DNA of 61,462 nt, counting the filler, from Choristocarpus tenellus KU-1152 (Eukaryota; Protista; Phaeophyceae): assembly GCA_964200185.2 (NCBI GenBank). It is 12 parts of 12 records of this genome, joined end to end, with 100 filler letters (N's around TTAATTAATTAA, not from the genome) between each part and the next. Parts side by side here need not be neighbours in the genome. Positions count along the whole stretch, not along the records: positions 52,010 to 57,242 come from CAXNAD020011410.1; positions 57,343 to 61,462 come from CAXNAD020016114.1; 10 more parts are not named here. One strand, given 5' to 3'. Shown here piece after piece: positions 53,307 through 61,462 of the stretch (the stretch's first letter is position 1; each line of letters begins with the position of its first letter). A model generated the notes under the pieces. That model was not told the origin of the DNA, ran no database searches, and saw nothing but the letters and a program-made list of their open reading frames with translations. Both the position numbers and the translations under genes were made by a program.

Positions 53307-55079
53307 CCACAGGCGGCCGCAGATATGAGTTACTTCCTTGCTCACATCTGCAACGTACACACGCAGAGGTTGCCTCACCGATGATTCACAAGGCGAGGTG
53401 GAACTCGTCGATCCTGGTTGGAGCCACAAAGGTGCAGGGTTGTAGCTATTTGCTACTCTTTTACGTACACAGATACCACAAGCAGGCGCGTGGGGTATCA
53501 AGTTGTTTACAACTGAGACGCACACCCCCAGATGCACAGCTGGCTCAAAGACTAAGGTCAAATTCGATGTGATGCTGAAACGTCTTTGCTGGGGTCACAC
53601 AAGTTGAGGGTTAGATCCTTGACAAAGAACGACCCTGTAAGTTTGCCACAGGGTTCAATTTGAGAATACTCCACGGTTCAGATTACTCCGTAGCCACATA
53701 TTCTCTGATGCGGTTCCCGCACATTTGCTCACCCAGTGGGTAAGGTGGCAATACAGGTACAACAATGTTGGGAGTCATGATCGATCTTTGATCCAGCAGA
53801 AGCTATGGATTCCCCGAGATAGACTGAAAATAACATTATTTTTCTTTGCTGGGATTGACATGGAAAGGAGGTTCTCTATTGTTATACCGGTATACCGATT
53901 TACGTTGATTGTGAGGAATCCCTGATTTACGTGGAGGATCTTCCTGGAGAATGAATCCATCGAATCTTTATAACAGATCAGTTCCACAGATATGACTACT
54001 CTTAAATTAGCTTTTCATTTGTTTTTCTTTTGACACAAACATCTCCAAAATGTTGTAGGGTGATATAATAAAATATGTGGTACTCAAATTCTTGCTAACA
54101 TGAAAGATTCAGTTTGTTGTCGTGTATGTGTTGGTATTTCTTATGATCCTCTCTCACAACATGCTCTCTCAGTCTCCACAGTTTTAACCTCAAGTCTTGC
54201 ACTTGTCCAACCTTAACCTCGTCCTCTCGGTTACAGTTCGTCTTGGTCCGTCCAGTCCGTCTTGACTGGTGATTCTCTTCGCCACCCTTGCCTGAGTGAA
54301 CCACGCTGTCACAGAATCACACGAGATGGAGTGACATGAATTTTTTTTTATTGACCACCGACCAAACATGCCGAATGCCAGAAAAGAAGAAAACGTCGTG
54401 AACAGGAACGCCTGGCCGAACATTTCGAGGAATCAAGAGGAGTGGAAGAGTAGAAGGTTGATGAAAACGAGCCAGTGGAGGAAATGGAGTCCTCAACAAA
54501 CCATGATTCTGATTCAAACTCCTCCAGTTCCTCGTCCACATCATCTAACAACGCAAGAAATGGGTTTGTTAAAGTTTCAATATTGCTCTCATAGAAGACT
54601 TTAGGATTCAAAATGCTGCTGCAGGTGAGTGACTGGGGCTGTGACTTGGGATCTCGGCAAGGGTACATACTGACCACCGACAACTGCACAATAGTCAGTG
54701 ATGTGAAGCCTCTCCTACAAGACGGACTCGTTTGCTTTCAGAATGAGGTGTTGTCTCCCTTCCTCTGCGGCGAAGCACACTCATGCTAAAATATCTTTCT
54801 GACACTTCCTTTGATGCAAATGTGGTAGAGCTGCCGCCTGGACTTGAAGAACAAAAAAAGTGCTCCCTGGGCTGATATGGTTTACTTCATGTGTTTATGA
54901 CTTCTCCTGTCTTACGTTCTATGTAGGGACTAGGACTATCCAATGTTCGATTCCTGTGTTCTTACATGAATCGGCTAGTCCTCACGTACCTTGCCTTCTG
55001 GAGGTATAGTGGTTACCTGTTGGATCATTTTTTGGAGAAGCGACTCATTTCGCTTTTGTTCAATTTCTCCCAATCCCCA

Positions 55080-57060
55080 TCATTAATCGTACCCTCCAGT
55101 AAGGTGGCTTGAAGTCAAAACTGTACCTGTGTACCACTTATCCCTTCCCTTCTCGTCTTTCCATGACTTCTTTGGCAATGGTACCCGTGGGGAAAAGGCA
55201 TAATGCATCCCCTCTAGACAAGGGTTTTCCTTGGTGAGAGGTGTAAGTAGGACGTGGGCTCGTGTCTGGATTATAGAGGTCCCAGAGGGTATGGAAGACA
55301 TCCAACTGTAGTGAGGTGAAGCTAACTGTAGTGGGGTGAAGCTATGCATAGCCTCTTTTTCGGTTACCCAATCTGATAATTCTCCATTCTGGATACTTCC
55401 CCCGGTACTCCCAGTGCCATACACTGGATGGCGACAATACTGCTTTTCTATCAGTGAGGGTGTACATAGGGGTTGCTGTTGAAATATTCCACACTGGACC
55501 CGCGGCTTTGGTGCTTTGATGAAAGACGGTGAATAGCTTGGTGTAGATATGCAATTTAATATTACAAGGGGCTTGTGGTCTCAATTCCGCTGACCGACTA
55601 CGTGGGTAAGACAGGTGTAGACTACCATGAGGGTTTGCAACATCCACATGGATAATCAGAAAATAATATTTTAATCAGAAAATAATACTGCAATCAGAAA
55701 ATAATACTATCACTGTATCATACATACGTTGTGCAGACTTCGACTAAGATATACCGATACATGTGTCTGTCTCTCTACTTTTCCTCTATTACTCCATTAC
55801 TCCATTACTCCACTGGTGGTGTTTACCTTTCCTATCTTCTCCACCGATGATGTTTATAGTGTATCAGCAGCACTACCTACGAACAGTTGCTACCACGGAT
55901 TGATCTGTTAGACCCAGGTCCGATTCCCACACTAGTTGGGCATATTCTTCTTGGAAGCTGTGTCTCAGATGAATGGGTCTTACGTGGAAGGGTTTCACAT
56001 GAGAAGTATGAACATTACGTGTGCGTGTTTGCCTACCCAGCAGTTCGACTGTCATGCTACTACTCTGATGTGAAATTTCCTTTACAGTTCACGGTCCCGT
56101 CCATCTTTCATGGACTAGCTTTCTGCCCAATCTTGTCTCACCTAGTTTTTCCCCATGGATAGAGCTGTCTGCTTCTTTCACTAGGACTAGGTCACCTGGT
56201 TTGGATCCGAGTCCAGGGGAAGATCTAGCAATCAAAGCATTGGCTCTCTCTCTATATATATATCTGTCTTGCAGACATCCGTCTCTCTAGGACTTCTCGT
56301 ACCTCCCTGAAGTTCTGTCTGCGTTGCTCAATAAAAGGAATTCAATCCTCCAACCTCTATGTCCCCATCCAACTAGGTATGAGGGCGTCTAGCTGTGTGC
56401 GAGGATCACGGGCAAACAAGACTCGGAAGGGAGTGGGGTTGAGGGGGTCACATGGATCTGGAGTAGTGAGTTGTGCCCAACATGCCGCAGATACATACTC
56501 ATCCCACAATCTATCTGGCCACTTCACCCATAGTTCCCACGGGACTTCCTCCCATCTTTTCTACTCCCCCTTGTCCTCTCGAGCTGCCAGTTGGTCCATA
56601 ATTCATGGGGACCTTCAGCCAACGACAAAGGTGATTCATTATGTCTCCTGTGAACTCCCCTCCTGCACCAATCGATTTGAGAGAGGGATCCCAAATGTAA
56701 GACATAATTCCAACACGTTTGTTGCTACTCCAGTTGCTTCCTTCCACGCCATTGGGAGTGCAAAAGGGAACATCGAAGCTCTATCAATCACAATTAATAG
56801 ATATCTGTTGCCTTTTCTTGAGATGTGTCCCATATCTTGTAGATCCATCTCAAGTACATCCTATAGTTACAGGAACTTGGCTGGCAGCATTGCCACTTAT
56901 GCGCTCTTCGTCCTCTTTCGTCTGCAACAGTCACAGGATAGAACATAATCCTGTGTGCCTTTGTGGAGTGGGGACCAAAAGAAGTATTGACAGGTTAGGG
57001 CTACTGTGCGTCTAACTCCCTGGTGGCTAGTCTGCAGATGTACTAGTGCTATGATGTCTC
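55080..57060 (-). mobile_element. Ty3/Gypsy integrase relic interrupted by a solo LTR
   Basis: YVLSCDCC (end of HHCC zinc finger), MDLQDMG..GNRYLLIVIDRAS..FG(I)P (rve core), VHTSHVKPF, then a chromodomain-like WEY..SDWVTE segment. Frameshifted. Confidence 0.85.
55477..55885 (-). mobile_element. Solo LTR (409 bp) of the same family as the gag-only Copia element
   Basis: TGTTG...GAACA termini with a perfect 5-bp TSD GTTGC at 55472-55476 and 55886-55890. Homologous to 36609-37035. Confidence 0.92.
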
Positions 57061-57870
57061 ACACTAGTGAGGGTCAAAGTATCTGGGGAGGGGGAGGGTG
57101 TCGGCGTCCGTTTTTCACCCTTTTTTCGATTTTCACTTTTTTGGTGTGTTTTGGTCGCACGTGTCGGATTTGAAATGTCAGCAAAAAAAAAGGGTAATTG
57201 GCCGCAACCGGCCCCCCCTTCCCCACCCCCCCCTCCCCCCCCNNNNNNNNNNNNNNNNNNNNNNNNNNNNNNNNNNNNNNNNNNNNTTAATTAATTAANN
57301 NNNNNNNNNNNNNNNNNNNNNNNNNNNNNNNNNNNNNNNNNNGGGGGGGTTAGGTTAGCCCAGGTTGTCCATTGCAGTCCATTCGGTGTTTGACAGGGTG
57401 TTGTAAAACACACCAGTTTGATTCCCATTATGTGGGTGATTTCCTTCGGATTTGGTTCAGGCAGGGGAATGGAAAAAAAAGGTGTTTTTAGATGAAGGAA
57501 ATTACCCTTACATCTGACACGCTCTCTCAGAAGACACGAAAGTCATTGCAGGTTCACACAGGCCCCCAACAGACGCCCGACTACCCCTCTAGGATACTAT
57601 GGGGCCAGTTGGATCTAGCATGTTTGTTCGTAGTGGTTCCCCAATCAATCATTTCTAACTTCATCATCCTACAGACAAAATACGACTTACTTAGGGGTTA
57701 CTAACATGGTCATTTACCACAACAGCAAAGAGAGAGGGAGGGGTGCCAAAAATAAACTGCAGCTAGCCCACTTTGAGGGCGTCACATCCTTTTCTTGTCG
57801 TTGGAATCCATACTTGTGCACTTTAAGCATACTACATACTACATAGTACGTTTCAGTCTGCCTGTCTGCC

Positions 57871-57911
<41 letters not shown>

Positions 57912-58093
57912 GTCTGTCTGTCTGTCTGTCTGTCCTTTAGTATCAATATTAAGAGCACAAGAGACAGCAATGTTCAACAAGAGACAGCAATGTTCAACAA
58001 TGGACAACAACAAAAGAAACAACAATGTGTCCTTTATTTTGTAAATACGACCCCAGAGCTAACCACATCCACTGACACCTCGGGTGGTACCAG

Positions 58094-60171
58094 GCCGTAC
58101 TGGGGTGTGTGAAAGAGTCTGTATCAGACTACCTGCTCGAGTGCCGTCTTACTGGTCTACTGGAGGAGCTCTTGGAAGCGGAGGTTAAGGAGTTCGCTTG
58201 GACCATTGCTGTTGATGTCCTTTCCACCTCATCTGTGAGAATATAGGGGAATCAGTAGTTGTCTTGCTATTGCTTGTTTTGCTTAAAAGGAGGGCGGCAG
58301 GCTATAAAAAAGGTTCCTACTTCAGGGTGGAGGTGTAAGTGCCAACCACTATACTTGGAAACTAGAAAGGTAATACAAACACACAATTGAGGGGATTGCA
58401 GGAAACGAAAGGATTGATTGTCAAATGCGAGTACACCTTGCATTCGATGAGTTTGTTCAAAATTCCGAAATAGGATAGATAGACTCTTTTTACTCACTCC
58501 AGTTGCAGTCACAGTGGGGTCAATGTGTGCATTAGCAGAACTCAGGGTGCTTGATTCAAATTCATAGGGACAGGATTGGACGGGGAGGTGGGGGGGATGT
58601 TTAAGAAGTCATATGGGGAGATACAAATTTGAAGGCAGTGACAAAGAAGGCAAATGGTTGATAGGAGGCAGAGTGCAACACCGATATCGAATTCAAAAAC
58701 CGCAACACTGATTCTTCAACCCTCACACTTCAACGTCTCCATCCTACTCTGAGTCAAATTAAGTGAGAGGTGCCTAGAGATTCATTTTACCAAAACAGGC
58801 GTTTGCGCGAAGGTCAACTCCTTTTTCACACGCGTGTAGTATGTGATTTATTTTTTATAAAATCCGATTTTGTGTCGGAAAATCTCAAACAATGGAGAAA
58901 TCAACCTTTCCCAAGGCAAGTGCTTCATCCATAGAAATTACGACTGAAATGCAACTGACGGATTGGAGAATCGACTTTCTGTGCCAAAACGGCCTTTGAA
59001 CAAGGGGTGCCTCTCGATTACTTTGGCTCTCTATTGACTGGTCTTGTGTTGGTTGGTCGGTTAGTTGTCGTCTGATTTGATTTGTGAACCTCTGTAGAGG
59101 TGATGCAGCCTACTCCCATGCGGGGGTAACCATCTCTAGTTATGTTTTTCATCTCAAAAGGCAAAGAGGAGGAGCACAGAAACTACCTGGGTAAGAGGGT
59201 TGCACTCGAGTTGGAGATAGTAGCGGTGGAATCACCAGTGAGGGAGACAGGGCATCGCTGGCACGAAGTGGTATAGCCACCCCAGATAATGTTTGCCGGC
59301 AGCACACTAGTCAAGGCTGACATCCGCCCTCACCAATTTTGATGAAATTACTCAGGACTCAGTCCTGGTAGAGAGTCAAAATATCTTAGAGGGTAGAGTT
59401 GCGTCCATTTGGGGACCATAATCCAATGTTGTAACTTTGATGTAATTTTGGCTATCATGTTTGTTAGGAGATATCAATATTCTTGTTCCGAACACACCTT
59501 TTCATAACGTATATATACATTTTACATACTCCGAAACATTTTAGAGTAGGTAAAATGTCAATAAAAACCCTTGGGAAGCCAGCCCCCAAACGGACAAACA
59601 GGGAAAAACTCGTACCCTAACCCTAAGATACTTTCACTCAGAAGGCGGAGGAAGCAGCAACAGAGTTTGGCAACACCCAAGAGAAAACCACCTCATCAAG
59701 CAAAAGGAAATATTTTACGCCAAAATAGAGCAAACTGGTGTATATGTAGTACATACACCCTACTTGTACATGCAACTGAGCGGGCTGGCTCCCTTTTCAC
59801 ACACATTGACCCAAAGTATCTGGGGGGGAGGGGGGGGGGGGGTCTACACCAGGGTGTCTGTTTGGACCAAAATCAGGAAAAGTGCATTTGCATTATCCAT
59901 CCAACTTATGCAACCAAATCACCCAAAAATCACAACATGAAAAAATCGACCCCAAATGGACAGCCGTCACCCCCCCAGATACTTTGAGTCATTTACACTA
60001 CATTTCTCCCTCTGTCCAAAACTGTTGCAAGTACAGGCATGCGCCACCCTGAATGATATCCTGGGTGATGTTATTGTCCATGATGCACGGTGCATCATTA
60101 TGGAGGTGTTCGCTCCCCTGACCCAGGAGATGGAGCAGATTCAGAAGGAAAAGGACATGGCAGCAATAGAG
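58094..60171 (+). CDS. Putative exons of an unidentified helical protein (~58094-58234, ~60037-60171)
   Basis: CAG/GT-bounded phase-0 open frames AVLGCVKESVSDYLLECRLTGLLEELLEAE.. and ACATLNDILGDVIVHDARCIIMEVFAPLTQEMEQIQKEKDMAAIE. Confidence 0.4.
58751..59029 (+). mobile_element. MITE family C (older); others at ~12360-12633 and ~60470-60740
   Basis: TIR GAGTCAAATTAAGTGAGAGGTGCC...GGTGCCTCTCGATTACTTTGGCTC with TCT on both flanks. Interior motifs (tcggaaaa..gagaaa..cttc(a/g)tcca) are shared with the other copies. Confidence 0.7.
59808..59990 (+). mobile_element. MITE family B (~185 bp, poly-G/poly-C TIRs), type copy; others at ~8110-8290, 11324-11374, 26722-26892, 44419-44611, 45788-45858, 48430-48732(-), 51882-51909, 57071-57100, 61361-61462(-)
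   Basis: TIR GACCCAAAGTATCTGGGGG...CCCCCAGATACTTTGAG(T/C)C, with ATT on both flanks at the 44419 and 59808 copies and a conserved interior. Confidence 0.9.
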
Positions 60172-61462
60172 GTCAGAAGAGTGGAGTGTCGGGGTCGTGG
60201 CATGTTGGAATGGAGGGGAAAAGAAGGATAGGCGGGGGAAGGACGTTCCAGCCTAGTCATGGAGAGTCTGCACTCAGAATATATGATTGAAGGAGCTTGG
60301 AGAAGGACTGTAGATCACCTTCCCAACCTCGGCAAAACTCCTCATGCTTCATGTGGCTGATTTCTCGAGCTCCCTGTTCCCCCTTGTTTCATGGAATTGG
60401 GGATTGGGCTGCACTGTACTCCATGTCAAAAAAGTGTAATATATTACATATGTATGTATGTTATAGGACGAGTGGTAAGTAAGCGAGGGGTACCCAGTGT
60501 TGCATTTTAAGGATACTGATAAATATGTTCAATATTTGTCTTTGTCTTTTTTTTTCAAAAGTGAAAAGGATATTTTCTAAATTCTGTCGGAAAATTCTCG
60601 TACAACAGAGAAACCAACACTCTCAAGTCAAACCTTAGTACTTCATCCACAGTAACACGTTTGAATTGCAAAATATTGAAAAGCTGGCTCAAATTGCAAG
60701 ACGACAAAAAACCCTGGGTACCTCTCGTTTACTTTGGCTCAAGGCCCTTTCTGACCAATATCCCCTGATGGAGCTCATTCCCATTCCACACATCCCAAGT
60801 TGACCCATCAAGGTTTCCATCCGATATGAGGCTCGTATTTCAATATGGTAGATGCTTGCATTGATAATAGAGCATTGAAAACCATGTACCATCTTTTGAA
60901 GTATTTTCCATGATCGGCAAGAAAGAGAGTGCTTCAAAGTGGCAACCAACAATTATGCAGGAACAACATCGTGCTTTTTGTTTCGCTGTTAAAAACATAC
61001 TTACAAGAGTACATGGTAGATGTGCAGAGAGCTCTCTACAGTACAAACAAGTCACACACACACACACACACATGTTGGAAGTACCATCCATCCTGTTATG
61101 ACCTTCCCTCATTCAGCATTAGGTGAGGGCAGTGTGCTGCCTGGTGCACGTATTGACGAAATTTTATTAACTAGCCTAGTCCTCCTATTAAACTTCACTT
61201 TAATGTTGTGAATTAGCCTTGTGCAAAAGGCGTGATAGTGGGCATGCTGTGTGTCAGAATGTGTCCCTGTGAAAAAATTGCCGCTTATGTCAGATTCATC
61301 AAGAGTCACCGTATTTTATTCCCATGTCTCTCCTGGTGACACTGTGTTTGAGCCAAATCAGAACTCAAAGTATCCGGGGGGGGGGGTGGCGGCTGTCCAT
61401 TTAGGGTCGATTTTTTCATGTCACGATTCTTGGGTGATTTGATTGCATAAGTTGGATGGATA

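Overview
Intron-rich, repeat-rich eukaryotic nuclear DNA. Flagellar genes, GT-AG introns with CAG/TAG acceptors, TTAGGG tracts and the transposon types suggest a brown-algal/stramenopile-type draft assembly (inference). Eleven identical 100-nt artificial linkers (N44-TTAATTAATTAA-N44) split the window into 12 contigs, so order across gaps is not trustworthy. Host genes rebuilt by hand from phase-compatible exons: the 3' end of a DnaJ/Hsp40, three IFT57 exons, the 5' part of an ALMT/FUSC-type transporter, a complete 4-exon EEF1AKMT4-like SAM methyltransferase head-to-head with an atypical Hsp70/Hsp110-like gene, a TBC Rab-GAP and two CFAP161-like exons. The rest is mobile DNA: four MITE families, plus Tc1/mariner, DIRS, RLE-type non-LTR, Gypsy and probable Penelope, hAT and tyrosine-recombinase relics. 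The most unusual items are (i) a 2,400-bp gag-only Copia derivative arranged head-to-tail around one shared LTR, with no canonical tRNA PBS and a related solo LTR elsewhere, (ii) the same telomere-repeat-creating GGTT insertion at the same TIR position in two MITE copies, among many short interstitial TTAGGG tracts, and (iii) related MITE families with mixed 3/4-bp target duplications.
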